Shown: piece after piece, positions 19,148 to 29,532 of the stretch
How the letters are laid out: each line of letters begins with the position of its first letter
Position numbering within the stretch: the first letter of the stretch is position 1
NCBI GenBank assembly: GCA_051003155.1
Contig: JBPCLO010000026.1
Coordinates: forward strand, 160,001 to 224,000
Length of the DNA stretch: 64,000 nucleotides
Direction of reading: 5' to 3'
From: Fimbriimonadales bacterium
Lineage (GTDB): Bacteria; Armatimonadota; Fimbriimonadia; Fimbriimonadales; ATM1
Made by a program: the position numbers and the translations under genes
The notes under the pieces: generated by a model
The model's database searches: none
Told to the model about the DNA's origin: nothing
Seen by the model: only the letters and a program-made list of their open reading frames with translations

Positions 19148-21088
19148 CTAGGGGCCATCGCCACTCCGGGCGATGGTTCTTTCTCGGGTCAGAAACTCAA
19201 GGAACGTTTCCGCATTGCGCGTCGAGCCTTCGAAGCGGCGGACGGCTTTACCTTCTGGCGAGACGACGACGTAGATCGGGAGAGTATCTAGGCCGGTTAG
19301 TCTGATCTGAAGCTTCTGGTTCGGCTCGTCCCCGGGCCGGTCGGTCCAAAGCTCGACCGGAACAAATTGGTCGTTCACGGCCTTCGCAATCTCGGGCCGC
19401 GGGAACATATTCTGCTCCATCCAGCGGCAGTTCGTGCAGGTGACGCCCGTGAAATTGATGAGCAGGGGCTTGTTCTCCGCCTTGGCGCGAGCCAGCGCAG
19501 CCTCGTATTTCTCTTCCCACTTGATCGGGGCTGACGCGAGCGCCTCCCTGCCCGGATAAGGATGCGGCGGCAGGAACGAACTCAGCTCACCCGTTGGAGC
19601 GCCCTCGATCGCAGCCAAGCAGTAGACACCGATGAACGCGAACAGGGCGCCAATCGCAAGCCGCGGGATTCCCTTCTTTCCTTGCGACGGTTCGGTGGGA
19701 AGCGTAATCCAACCCAGCAGGTAGAGGCCGCCCATCACAAAGATGATCGCCCAGGTGGCGAGGAAAACAGGCTTAGTCAGCCAACCGAGCTGCCAAACGA
19801 GGTCCGCGTTCGAAAGGAACTTCACCGCGGCGGCGAGTTCGATAAAGCCCATGGTGACCTTGACCGACGTCATCCAAGAGCCGGCCTTGGGCAAGTTCGA
19901 AATGTACTGCGGGAAGAGCGCCAACATGAAAAAAGGAGAGGCGAACGCGACGCTGAACGAAAGCATCCCGAGGATCGGCATCAGGATGCTGCCACCGGCC
20001 GCGGCCTTTGCCAGAAGCGCGCCCACGAAACCGACCGTGCAGGTAAAAGACGTCAGCGTAAACGTGAGCCCCATGGCAAACGGGCCGAAGAAGCCGCCCT
20101 TTCTGGTGCCTTGATTGGCTTTGTTTACGAGCCAGCTCGGCAGCCTGATCTCGTACACACCGAACAGATTCAGCGCGAGAACCACGAACAAAAGGGCCAA
20201 AACGATGTTCGTCATCGGGTGCGTGGCGAATGAGGCGATCGCGCTTCCGCCGAACACCACTGCGACAAGCACCCCCAAGATCGTGAAAGTGGAAATGATG
20301 CCGAGTGAATAGGCCGCTGCGCCCGCGATCGAAGATTTCTTGTCCTCGGCGCGCTTCGAAAAATAGCTGACGGTAATCGGCACCATGGGAAAAACGCACG
20401 GCGTTAGGAGCGCGCCAAGGCCCGCGATAAAGGAGATAAGCAGAAACGGGAGCAACCCCTTCTTCAGCGCCTCCTCGATGTCGCCAGAGTTGGCTTCTCC
20501 GGAGACCTGGCCCGGAGCGGTGGGCGGCTCGTCGCCTTTCGTTGCGGCGACTGCTCCGGCGGGCTGCTCGGGTGGCGTGGCTATCTTTGCCGTGTGATCG
20601 GCTCGAGGGGAGCCGGGCGACGGCCTGAAATCGACGGGTATTTCGGTGGTGCGCGGTGGCGAGCAGGTCGATTCGCTGCATGCCATCCAGCGTGCAGTTA
20701 TCTTGCCGGTAACTGAACCCGTGACCTTGACCGGAATCGCGAAGGCTACCTCGCCTTCGAACATCCCAACTTTAATATCGCCAAAGTTCGGGTCCACCCT
20801 AACGCTCGGTGGCGGCTCGATCGGGCTGCCCTCGGCCTCAAGCCCCCTGGCAACGAACTCGAAACTGGTGGGCAGCGGGCCAATCCCCTCGGCCGGCACG
20901 ATCGAATAGATATGCCAGTCCTTCCTGATTCTGGCGGTTAGAACAAGCTGCGCGGATTCGCCTGCGCGCGCATCTGTGGGAACGACTTTCGCGCTCCATT
21001 TCGCTTCGTGTTGTGCCTGTGCGAATGAGCCCCCCGCTAAGCCGAGCAAGAAGACGGCGAAGAGAGCGCTTTTGCCCGCATAGAACAT
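19148..21088 (-). CDS. dsbD: Thiol:disulfide interchange protein DsbD
   Basis: N-domain CSESTC, LLTPCVFPM, SFTCT, C-terminal thioredoxin CTNC. Confidence 0.9.
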   Translation of the reverse strand: MFYAGKSALFAVFLLGLAGGSFAQAQHEAKWSAKVVPTDARAGESAQLVLTARIRKDWHIYSIVPAEGIGPLPTSFEFVARGLEAEGSPIEPPPSVRVDPNFGDIKVGMFEGEVAFAIPVKVTGSVTGKITARWMACSESTCSPPRTTEIPVDFRPSPGSPRADHTAKIATPPEQPAGAVAATKGDEPPTAPGQVSGEANSGDIEEALKKGLLPFLLISFIAGLGALLTPCVFPMVPITVSYFSKRAEDKKSSIAGAAAYSLGIISTFTILGVLVAVVFGGSAIASFATHPMTNIVLALLFVVLALNLFGVYEIRLPSWLVNKANQGTRKGGFFGPFAMGLTFTLTSFTCTVGFVGALLAKAAAGGSILMPILGMLSFSVAFASPFFMLALFPQYISNLPKAGSWMTSVKVTMGFIELAAAVKFLSNADLVWQLGWLTKPVFLATWAIIFVMGGLYLLGWITLPTEPSQGKKGIPRLAIGALFAFIGVYCLAAIEGAPTGELSSFLPPHPYPGREALASAPIKWEEKYEAALARAKAENKPLLINFTGVTCTNCRWMEQNMFPRPEIAKAVNDQFVPVELWTDRPGDEPNQKLQIRLTGLDTLPIYVVVSPEGKAVRRFEGSTRNAETFLEFLTRERTIARSGDGP

Positions 21089-21093
21089 GAGGC

Positions 21094-21552
21094 CTACTTG
21101 GCTTTGATAATGACGGTTCCGGCGACTTCGTCGGTGCGCGGCATGAGGCACATACCGTCGTTCGAGCAAATTTGTGACTTTACGCTCAACTTGAACGCAT
21201 ACTTCGTTCTGGCCCTCTTCGGAATCGTTATCTCGACCGGGATCTTGACGATGCCCTCGTAAACGACGTGGTTCTCTCCGAGGAATGATTTGGCCACGCC
21301 ACCTGGGTAAACAACCTTTCCCAGCTTATACGTCGCTTTCGCGACCGGCTCGATGGCCACTTTGAACGTCTCGCCCTGATCCGACGGCGCGTAGGCGTGA
21401 TAACCCTCTGGAACGGTAAGGGTTACGGTACCCTTGAGCAGTTGCCCCGGTTTGGCCGTCTTGGCTGCGAACTCGATCTTCGACGTGACCTGCGGGGCCT
21501 GCGCTGCGGCGATCGTAAACGCGGCGAGAACTCCGAATGCTACACCCTTCAT
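21094..21552 (-). CDS. Stand-alone DsbD N-terminal (alpha) domain protein
   Basis: Signal peptide, GYHAY, YPGG, VYEG, QICSNDGMCLMP. Confidence 0.8.
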   Translation of the reverse strand: MKGVAFGVLAAFTIAAAQAPQVTSKIEFAAKTAKPGQLLKGTVTLTVPEGYHAYAPSDQGETFKVAIEPVAKATYKLGKVVYPGGVAKSFLGENHVVYEGIVKIPVEITIPKRARTKYAFKLSVKSQICSNDGMCLMPRTDEVAGTVIIKAK

Positions 21553-21579
21553 CGTTGCAAGTTTAACGCGTAAATCGGC

Positions 21580-22557
21580 TTAATCGTTTCCGACCCTGAC
21601 AGATGTGCCGGTTTCCGCGCTCTTCATCATCGCGTCGATGACGGCCATCGCGATCCGGCAGTGCTCGGGTTTCACGGCCAGCTCTTCGCCGCAGTTCAGG
21701 TGGCGGCCGAGGTTGGTGTAAAGCTCTGCCCAGCGGTCTTGTTCCACGACAATCGATTCTTCGCCGTTTTCGGTTTTTAAGATCGCGTGCTGCCGATCAG
21801 CCATCTGGAACGCGGCCTTTTCGCCGCGTATCAGCCATCGAGGACGCGTAATGTGGCTCATGCAACCTACGTCGATCTCGGCGGAAACACCGTTGTCGAA
21901 AACGATCATCGCCGTCGTCTGCGTCTCGACGTCCACGTCGTGGACGCCGGCATGCGAAGTAGCGAAAACAGTCCGTGGCATAGCCGGAAGCATCAATTGG
22001 ACCATCTGGTCCACTAAATGCGCTCCCCAGTCGTAGAGCATGCCTCCTCCGCAAGCCTTCACTCCTCGCCAGCCTGCTGGATACCACCAGCCGTTCACGC
22101 TGGATTCGATTTGGAAGACCTTGCCGAGCGCACCGGAAGCGAGAACTTTCTTTGCCGTCCGAAAATCGCCATCCCATCGCCGGTTCTGGTAGACCGTGAG
22201 CGCCTTTCCCGCTTCCCTGGCGGCGGCGATCATCGCGTCCGCCTCGTTGAGGTCCATGCACATCACTTTCTCGGTCATTACGTGCTTGCCGGCCCGACTC
22301 GCCTGCATGGACAAGGGCGCATGCGTATCGTGGGGTGTTACGAGGACAACAAGACCAATAGCCCGCTCCGCCAACAGGTCTTCGTAGGAGTCGAAAACAT
22401 CGACCCCTTGTTCTTCCCCGGCAGCATGTCAGCGCGCAGGGTCGACGTCGAAAACGCCTGCCAGTTCTAGCCCGTCCGTGGCTGCCACGCTTTCGGAATG
22501 GTGCTTTCCCATCGAAAACTGCGCACCGTAACCTACGATCCCTACGCCGATGCTCAT
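21580..22557 (-). pseudogene. Gfo/Idh/MocA oxidoreductase interrupted by in-frame TGA at 22429-22431 (nonsense mutation or recoded)
   Basis: MSIGVGIVGYG...DVDPAR*HAAGEE...TPHDTH...EKVM...YQNRRWDGDF all in one frame. Confidence 0.85.
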
Positions 22558-22705
22558 GCGCTGCATCGTACCTGCCGGGCAAGATCGAACCATGCTGAAG
22601 CAGTTTATATCAAGAATGTCACGAAACGTCCTCGTCGAATCAATTAACAGTACGAGTGCTCGGCGAGCACACTTGGCTCGCCACCCAACTCGCCAAGGAG
22701 GCAAT

Positions 22706-23278
22706 ATGCAAAAGAAACTTGTCGCTATCGCAGGGTTGACGGTCCTGACGGCCGTCGCAAGCGCGGAGACGATCTATGACAACTTCGGGTCTTGGGATGG
22801 CAACATCACCAGCGGGTGGTTTGCTCAGGCCCAGATCTTGGCGGCGCCCGCCGTCGATGACGTGCTATGGGAATGGCGGTTCGAGATGGCCGCCGGCAAC
22901 ACTGTGGGCTCGATCGGATTCAGCGTCCAGACCGTGGCGGGTGGTCTACCGACCGGCGTGATGCTTTACTCAGATACCGCAGTGGTTCCGCCTGAAGGGG
23001 CTGTTATAACTTTCAACAACATCGGCCTGCAGCTGACGAGCGGAGTGGACTATGCCTTCGTGGTCGATTTCAACGGCTACAGCGGCGAGACGATCCATTA
23101 CACCGGAATCGACGTGGTGCCCGGCGACGGCGCGTGGATGGATGGTGGCGGCAACTGGTTCAGCTTTGCAGGGCTGGATCAGAAGATGTACGGCAGGTTC
23201 GACGCGGTTCCGGAGCCGGCTTCGTTGCTTGCGCTCGGGGCCGGATTGGCCGCACTTGCCCTTCGACGAAAGCGATAG
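22706..23278 (+). CDS. PEP-CTERM protein
   Basis: AAGGAGG SD, signal peptide, VPEPASLLALGAGLAALALRRKR. Confidence 0.92.
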   Translation: MQKKLVAIAGLTVLTAVASAETIYDNFGSWDGNITSGWFAQAQILAAPAVDDVLWEWRFEMAAGNTVGSIGFSVQTVAGGLPTGVMLYSDTAVVPPEGAVITFNNIGLQLTSGVDYAFVVDFNGYSGETIHYTGIDVVPGDGAWMDGGGNWFSFAGLDQKMYGRFDAVPEPASLLALGAGLAALALRRKR

Positions 23279-23287
23279 CCGCTAGCA

Positions 23288-24190
23288 TCACTCGACAATT
23301 GACGGGCCTTCTCCATTTTGGGCCCGTTCAGTTGTCCCTCTGGCGATCTCGAACAACGTCGCTTTAATGCGCCAGTTCGTTCCGCTCGATGAAGTCAAAA
23401 GCAACTCCCCGGCCACGCAGCGTTCGTCCGCTGGGTTCCACTGAGTGCAAACCTTGTGCGGCCAGATCAATCTTCTCTCGCCGAGAGGGGAACACGGATT
23501 CTCCATAAGCAGTCGCGAAACTGACCCGGCGTCAAGTCCCATGGCACCGGAGAGGCGGTCTACCACGATATCGAGGAGTGCGCCGTTATGCGTATGCAAG
23601 GCCGAGATTGCACCGTCGAACAGAACTTTGACGAGTCCTGCCAGGTTCGGCCGATTGCCTTCGGGTGCTTCGATTTGGATTGACATTCCAAAGTCTCCCA
23701 GGACTTGCTCACTGACTCTCGCCCACAGCACTTGTCCAGACCTTAGGGCGTACCAGATTGTTTCGGGCTTCACGGCGCCAAGCTTGCGAAACTCCCCAAG
23801 TAAGGTCGCGACGGGCCGGAAGGCGGAGAGCTTAGAGTTCGACAGGTCGACCATTTCATATCGATAGTAGTGATCGGCTTCGGAAAGCTGGCACAGTGGC
23901 GCTCGTGTGTAGGAACGTATGAAGCAAATTCCCCGGCGAGCACACTGGGAAAAGCACCTACTCCCGACGTTGTAGAAGAGCACGTTCTCTGCGTCGCATC
24001 GTTCGCGACTTTCAGATACATAAGTCGCTTGAAGCGCGTCTTCCGATGACGCACGCAGCCCACAAATCGCAGTCGCGAGCTCCGACCTGAAGTCTTTCAA
24101 CCAACCCTTTGGTTCAAACGGGAGACGCTTGCTAGACCACGCCTCGACCACATTGCGCTCGGCCGTTGCACTTTCAATGTTGTACTCCAC
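23288..24190 (-). CDS. Hypothetical protein (weak RusA-like motifs)
   Basis: 300 aa ORF, GAGGA SD before GTG; CDAENVL and PNLAGLVKVLFDG...ADERCV. Confidence 0.65.
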   Translation of the reverse strand: MEYNIESATAERNVVEAWSSKRLPFEPKGWLKDFRSELATAICGLRASSEDALQATYVSESRERCDAENVLFYNVGSRCFSQCARRGICFIRSYTRAPLCQLSEADHYYRYEMVDLSNSKLSAFRPVATLLGEFRKLGAVKPETIWYALRSGQVLWARVSEQVLGDFGMSIQIEAPEGNRPNLAGLVKVLFDGAISALHTHNGALLDIVVDRLSGAMGLDAGSVSRLLMENPCSPLGERRLIWPHKVCTQWNPADERCVAGELLLTSSSGTNWRIKATLFEIARGTTERAQNGEGPSIVE

Positions 24191-24429
24191 TAATCCTCAT
24201 CCCTTAGAGAACTCTTGCGACTCAAATCTTGGAGATTAGGCCCGTCCATGCGCGTATTATGAGTGCGGCCGACCGAATGCGCCTCACTGCTGCTCGTTCT
24301 GGTATACTCCTCGCCAAGCGGACAGCGCTGCTGGTCGCCGTTGTACGGAGCGGCCCTCGGGGAGGGGCCTTTGCGTAGAGCGGCAATCCGGCGGGGTTCG
24401 CGCGATACGGAGGCTTTTGCAAAATCAGT

Positions 24430-24711
24430 ATGCCCCTGCCGAAAGAGACGAAGACGGAAGTAATCGAGAAGTACCGAACCGCGGCAACCGACACAGGGTC
24501 GGCCGAGGTTCAAATTGCGCTGCTAACATCGCGCATTCAGCAAATCACGGAGCACCTTCGAACAAACAAGAAGGATTTCCACTCCCGCCGCGGACTTCTC
24601 ATCCTCGTTGGACAGCGCAGGAGGTTGGAGAGCTATCTCCGCCAAAAAGATATCACTAAATACAGGGCTCTTGTACAAGAGCTAGGCATACGAGAACAGA
24701 AGCCTCAATAG
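24430..24711 (+). CDS. rpsO: 30S ribosomal protein S15
   Basis: [24 protein letters not shown]. Confidence 0.98.
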   Translation: MPLPKETKTEVIEKYRTAATDTGSAEVQIALLTSRIQQITEHLRTNKKDFHSRRGLLILVGQRRRLESYLRQKDITKYRALVQELGIREQKPQ

Positions 24712-24722
24712 GAGGCAACCAA

Positions 24723-27143
24723 TTGATTCAAACCACTTCTTTCACGGTCGGAGGCAAAGAGCTTTCGATCGAAACGGGTCGCGTAGCTAAACAGGCTGGC
24801 GGCGCAGTTCTCCTCGGTATGGGTGAAACCGTCATCCTCGGCGCAGCTACAATGAGCGCCGACCCCCGAGAGGGTCTCGACTTTTTCCCGCTTACGTGCG
24901 ACTACGAAGAGCGCAAATATAGCGTTGGCAAGATCCCGGGCGGCTTTATGAAGCGCGGGGGCAGGCCCAGCGAAAAGGCCGTGCTTACGTCGCGCCTGAT
25001 CGACCGGCCCATGCGCCCTCTCTTCCCGAAGGGAATGCGCAACGACGTGCAATGCGTCGCCATGCCCTTCGCTGTCGACCAGAGCTACCCGCCCGATGTG
25101 CTTGCGCTCAACGCCGTTTCAGCGGCCCTCGCGCTTAGCGACGTCCCGTGGGACGGGCCCGTCGGAGCAGTGCGAGTCGGTCGCGTTGGCGGAGAGCTTG
25201 TGCTCTTCCCCACCGTCGAGCAGATCGAGAATGAGGCCGACCTCGACCTGATCGTCGCGGGTACCAAGGACGCTTTCATGATGGTGGAAGCTGGCGCCGG
25301 CGAAGTCAGTGAGAAAGACATGCTTAAGGCGATGGAGTTCGCACAGGACGCCATCAAGGTGATCTGCGAGAACATCGCCAAGTTCGCCAAGGTGCATGGC
25401 AAGGCTAAGCGCGAAGTTACGCTCTTCAAGGTCGATCCCGAAGTGCTCGAACTCATCCGCAAGCAGTCGGGCAAGCAGATCCGAGCAACGATCGTCAACC
25501 CCGACAAGGCGAACCGCGAGAGCGCACTCAGCGACCTCCTCAAGGAGATCGTCGCGCTGCACAAGACTACGACCTACGCCGAGAACCCCGAAAAGCAGGC
25601 GTTCTTGATCGAAGCCGTCGATACCGTTATCAAGGAGACCGTCCGCGATCTCATCATCAAGGACGACAAGCGGCCCGACGGGCGAAAGTCCACGGAAATC
25701 CGCCAGATCACGTGCGATCCGGGCCTACTTCCGAAGGTCCACGGCTCGGGCCTCTTTACCCGAGGCCAGACCCAAGTCATGACCGTAGTGACACTTGGCG
25801 CACCTGGCGAAGGTCAAACGATGGACGGCATCGAAGAGGTCGAGAACAAGAAGTACATGCACTTCTACAACTTCCCGCCCTACTCGGTCGGCGAAGTTCG
25901 GCCGATGCGCGGCCCCGGCCGGCGCGAAATCGGCCACGGCGCACTTGCGGAAAGAGCGCTCATCGGCGTTCTCCCGACGGACGAAGAGTTTCCCTACACG
26001 CTTTTGCTGATCAGCGAGGTCTTGGAGTCGAACGGCTCAACCTCGATGGCGAGCGTTTGCGGATCGACCCTCGCACTGCTCGATTGCGGCGTGCCGATCA
26101 AGGCGCCCGTCGCCGGCATCGCGATGGGCCTCATGTCCGACGGCAAGACCTTCAAGGTTTTGACCGATATCCAGGGCATGGAAGACTTCTGCGGCGACAT
26201 GGACTTCAAGGTCGCCGGCACCCGCGACGGCATTACGGCACTTCAGCTGGATACTAAACTAACCGGCATCCCCGCTCAAGTGATGAAGGACGCGCTGACG
26301 CAGGCCGAGACGGCCCGCCTTCACATCCTCGACAAGATCGACGAAGCCGTCCCCGAGCGCCGCACCGAGCTGAACCCGAACGCCCCGAGGGCAGAGGTTG
26401 TTCAAATCGACCCGCAGCGCATCGGCGAGCTCATCGGCCCGGGCGGCAAGATGATTAAGAAGATCACCGCCGATTCTGGCGCGACGATCGACGTGGAGCA
26501 GGACGGGCGCGTGTTCATCCTGGCCGAGAACGCCGATCAGATGAATGCGGCGGTCAACATGGTCAAGGGTCTGATGCACGTGCCCGAGGTCGGCGACGAG
26601 TTCACCGGCCCGGTGTCCCGTCTGTTCGGCCGTGGCGCGATGGTCGAGTTCCTCCCCGGCAAAGAGGGCATGGTGCCGATCGAGCAGCTCAGCGTGAAGC
26701 CGATCCGCCGTCCCGAAGATGTCGTCAAGCTTGGCGACGTGCTCAATGTGAAGGTCCACGAAGTGGACTTAATGGGCCGCATCAACCTGACGGCTCTCGG
26801 CATGAAGCAGGAGCTCGCCGGCTTGGAAGACAACGCGGGCGCCACGCCGCCCGCCAGCCAGCCACGCGGCCGCGGAGATCGTGACCGTGGGGGGCGCGGA
26901 GGCGACCGGGATCGGGGTGGACGCGGAGGCGACCGCGGCGGACGCGGCGGCTTCGACCGCGACCGAGATCGTGATCGCGGCGATCGCGACAGAGCGCCTC
27001 GCCAAGATCGCGAGCCTCGGCCCGAGCCCGAGTCGCGGCCAGAGCGAGAGCCGGAGATCCGCCCGAGAGAGGACGGCAACTTCCCCAAGAAGGAAGGCGA
27101 GGCGGAGCCGACGACGGTTGCACGCTTCCGTCCGAAGCGCTAG
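24723..27143 (+). CDS. pnp: Polyribonucleotide nucleotidyltransferase
   Basis: DFFPLT, FTRGQTQ, RREIGHG, SNGSTSMAS, GDMDFKVAG, KH and S1 domains. Confidence 0.98.
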   Translation: MIQTTSFTVGGKELSIETGRVAKQAGGAVLLGMGETVILGAATMSADPREGLDFFPLTCDYEERKYSVGKIPGGFMKRGGRPSEKAVLTSRLIDRPMRPLFPKGMRNDVQCVAMPFAVDQSYPPDVLALNAVSAALALSDVPWDGPVGAVRVGRVGGELVLFPTVEQIENEADLDLIVAGTKDAFMMVEAGAGEVSEKDMLKAMEFAQDAIKVICENIAKFAKVHGKAKREVTLFKVDPEVLELIRKQSGKQIRATIVNPDKANRESALSDLLKEIVALHKTTTYAENPEKQAFLIEAVDTVIKETVRDLIIKDDKRPDGRKSTEIRQITCDPGLLPKVHGSGLFTRGQTQVMTVVTLGAPGEGQTMDGIEEVENKKYMHFYNFPPYSVGEVRPMRGPGRREIGHGALAERALIGVLPTDEEFPYTLLLISEVLESNGSTSMASVCGSTLALLDCGVPIKAPVAGIAMGLMSDGKTFKVLTDIQGMEDFCGDMDFKVAGTRDGITALQLDTKLTGIPAQVMKDALTQAETARLHILDKIDEAVPERRTELNPNAPRAEVVQIDPQRIGELIGPGGKMIKKITADSGATIDVEQDGRVFILAENADQMNAAVNMVKGLMHVPEVGDEFTGPVSRLFGRGAMVEFLPGKEGMVPIEQLSVKPIRRPEDVVKLGDVLNVKVHEVDLMGRINLTALGMKQELAGLEDNAGATPPASQPRGRGDRDRGGRGGDRDRGGRGGDRGGRGGFDRDRDRDRGDRDRAPRQDREPRPEPESRPEREPEIRPREDGNFPKKEGEAEPTTVARFRPKR

Positions 27144-27151
27144 TTAGGCAT

Positions 27152-27195
27152 GAGAAAGGGCGCGGGCCATACTCGGTTCGCGCCCTTTCTCTTTG
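27152..27195. terminator. Probable bidirectional intrinsic terminator
   Basis: GAGAAAGGGCGCGGGCC...GGTTCGCGCCCTTTCTC inverted repeat between convergent genes. Confidence 0.8.
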
Positions 27196-27205
27196 TCTGA
27201 CGGTC

Positions 27206-27805
27206 TTAGCGCCGGCGACGCCGAGCAAGCAGCGCCGCAAGGCCGACGCCGAGAGCCAGGAACGTCCCGGGCTCGGGAACAGCGCCCCCAATCCGGACTT
27301 GGCTGACGTCCTCGAGATCGACGGTTGTGTGGAGCGTCACCTCGGTAATTAGCTGGCCGTTCAGGGCGATGATTCGGAAGAAGTTCGCGCCTGCGCCGTC
27401 TATGTCAAACGTTCCCATGAAGGGATCGCCAACGGCCTGCTCCACTGTGAAGTCCACGGAGCCATCCTCGACTGCGTTCAGGTTAAGGATGAGCGAAGTG
27501 AACGTGTTCGGCACCCCATCCAAAGCGATTGACAAGTCGGTGAAGCCGCCGTCGACGGCCTCGACCTGGTTGCCTGAAAGCGTCGTCAGATCTTCGAACG
27601 CATCGAAGAAGTTGACGATCAAGTCTGACTGGTTCGTGATGCCTTCCACCAGCGGGCCGGTATCGATGAGGCCTTGCTCGTTGAAGAGAACGTTCTCATC
27701 GCCTTGGATATCGCCCGGTCCGGGCAGAATTACGATATCAGCGTTCGCAGCTGCGAAGCATGTGCCGAGCGCGGCTAGCACCCAGGTTCTCTTATTTCTA
27801 ATCAT
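27206..27805 (-). CDS. PEP-CTERM protein
   Basis: GGAGG SD, signal peptide, VPEPGTFLALGVGLAALLARRRR. Confidence 0.92.
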   Translation of the reverse strand: MIRNKRTWVLAALGTCFAAANADIVILPGPGDIQGDENVLFNEQGLIDTGPLVEGITNQSDLIVNFFDAFEDLTTLSGNQVEAVDGGFTDLSIALDGVPNTFTSLILNLNAVEDGSVDFTVEQAVGDPFMGTFDIDGAGANFFRIIALNGQLITEVTLHTTVDLEDVSQVRIGGAVPEPGTFLALGVGLAALLARRRRR

Positions 27806-28459
27806 GATTTCCTCCAATTAATAACAAATTGCGGCCCGCCAACGGCAAGCTGCATGCACGTTCCTACGCTTTTTATGACCCTGGCAGCGCATTTGCGGTT
27901 CAAAGCTAGCTCCTTTGCGAGTAAAACCATGCCGCATGGCCTCTAAACGAGAAGTTCGACTCTGGCATGGGTAGCTATCTGCAGAACCGATACGGGACAC
28001 CCGTACCGTCCTTAAAATGCGTCGGCCATTGGGGAACGCTCTGCGGTTCGTCCCGCCGCGCCGAACAATAAGAAGATGAGATTCCCCTTTTCCAATCCAA
28101 GCACGGGGAATTGGCCCCGTCCAGGGTCTCCCACGCTCGTCCATACGTAACAAACACTACTACGACTCACAGCGGATAAGGCGGTGCATGTGGCTCCAGG
28201 CTCTAAGCCGGCAAGCCGCCAGGCGAGGAGATCGACTGCCGCATGTTCGCTGTGAACTCGAACGCCGATGGTATGGCCAGCAATACTAGAAAGAGGTAAA
28301 TAAAAAGTCTCCTCTCCCCCTGGGAGAGGACCGTCCCGAGCTTGCTCGTGGACGAGGTGAGGGAGATAGACGAGATGCCCGATCAGAGCGATGACGGTGG
28401 TTCTGTAACCTTCGGCTTGGTGCACCCGCAGAGGAGCAGAGGAGACGACATGAAGTGCA

Positions 28460-28503
28460 GGCCCGGCGCGGCTGCCCCCTGGGCTAGCCCCGCCGGGCCC
28501 TTT
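28460..28503. terminator. GC-rich hairpin, probable terminator
   Basis: GGCCCGGCGCGGCT-GCCC...GGGC-TAGCCCCGCCGGGCC just past the stop of 28519-29303. Confidence 0.55.
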
Positions 28504-28518
28504 CGTTATCTCAACCGA

Positions 28519-29303
28519 TTATCTTCGTCGTCTGCGAACCGCGAGCCAGCCTAGGCCGACTACGGCCGCAACCATAGAGGACGGTTCCGGTACAACTGCC
28601 CTTAAGTTTGCCGCCGAGTGCGAAATGATAATGTCGCCGTTGACGAGGCCGCCTCCGCCTATGACATCCACGAGCCCTATGTGAATAGCGTTCGTAGCTT
28701 GCCCGCGGCTACTGATGCCGTCGCCCGACACGAACTGTTCGTTTAGAGTAACCGTGATTCCAAGGTTGTTAAACACGACTGTGTTCGGCGCCGGGTTGGA
28801 GGTGATCGCAACGTCAACGCCGAGTATCGTGAGAACGGTATTGGTCAGCACGGTGTCGCCGACCCCAACCAAGCTGCCGAAGTCTCCGGACACAATCGAA
28901 TTGCTAACGACTTGATCGGCCGTCAAGTTCAATAGGTCCGGAGAACCGGTTCCGGGGACCAGCTCTAAACTCAGGTCATTGACTTCCGCATCTGCCATAG
29001 CGAATCGGTCTCCCGCACCGCCGTCGACATCGGACGATGCGTTCACCGTCATGATGCCTGTCGACAGAGTGCCCAGCGGGACGCCGGAGACGAGCAGGGA
29101 TAACACCTGATCGGTGTCATTATAGGGCGGGGCGCGGTGCCGGACGCTGTGGGCACGGCCGCCACGTTCAAATTGAAAGTCAGTAGGGTGACAGCCGATT
29201 GTACGCCGTATGCGTCGCTGCCTCCAAAGGTTACAATAGCTTGGGAAGAGACCGTCAATCCGAGGCCTAGCGACAATAACGCGTATCTAATGTTAAGTTT
29301 CAT
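28519..29303 (-). pseudogene. PEP-CTERM protein (choice-of-anchor P-like) split by a 1-nt frameshift near 29130
   Basis: Signal-peptide ORF 29049-29303 joins ORF 28519-29106 if one base is added in the G4 run at 29129-29132 (GTAPxPYNDTDQVLSL); PAPNT, LNEQ, VPEP. Confidence 0.85.
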
Positions 29304-29532
29304 TTAACTTCTCCCTTAGTAAGCCAAGAATGGTCTTACTAATTATATATATGCCGCCGAGTCTGATATTGTGACCATTCTTCTTGTGGGCCGGGAAAAT
29401 TCGCGACCTGAACTCGAACGGCGACGGCGTGCCGAGCAATACCGTGACCGTGGTGCTGTAACGGCCCCGGCTTTCGCACTGAAAACCGGTGTACAATAAG
29501 CAGGCAGTCCTTTGACTGCGAGGGAGATATAA

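Noticed and set aside
26860..27070. Short tandem repeats as CRISPR or VNTR
   Set aside because: They encode the low-complexity PNPase tail; no repeat-spacer structure and no cas genes
27840..27900. Sigma-54-like -24/-12 motifs near a PEP-CTERM gene
   Set aside because: The good match (TGGCAGCGCATTTGC) points away from the gene; the correctly oriented one lacks the GG
27818..28554. Short ORFs in the PEP-CTERM intergenic region
   Set aside because: No SD, no recognisable motif, mutually overlapping
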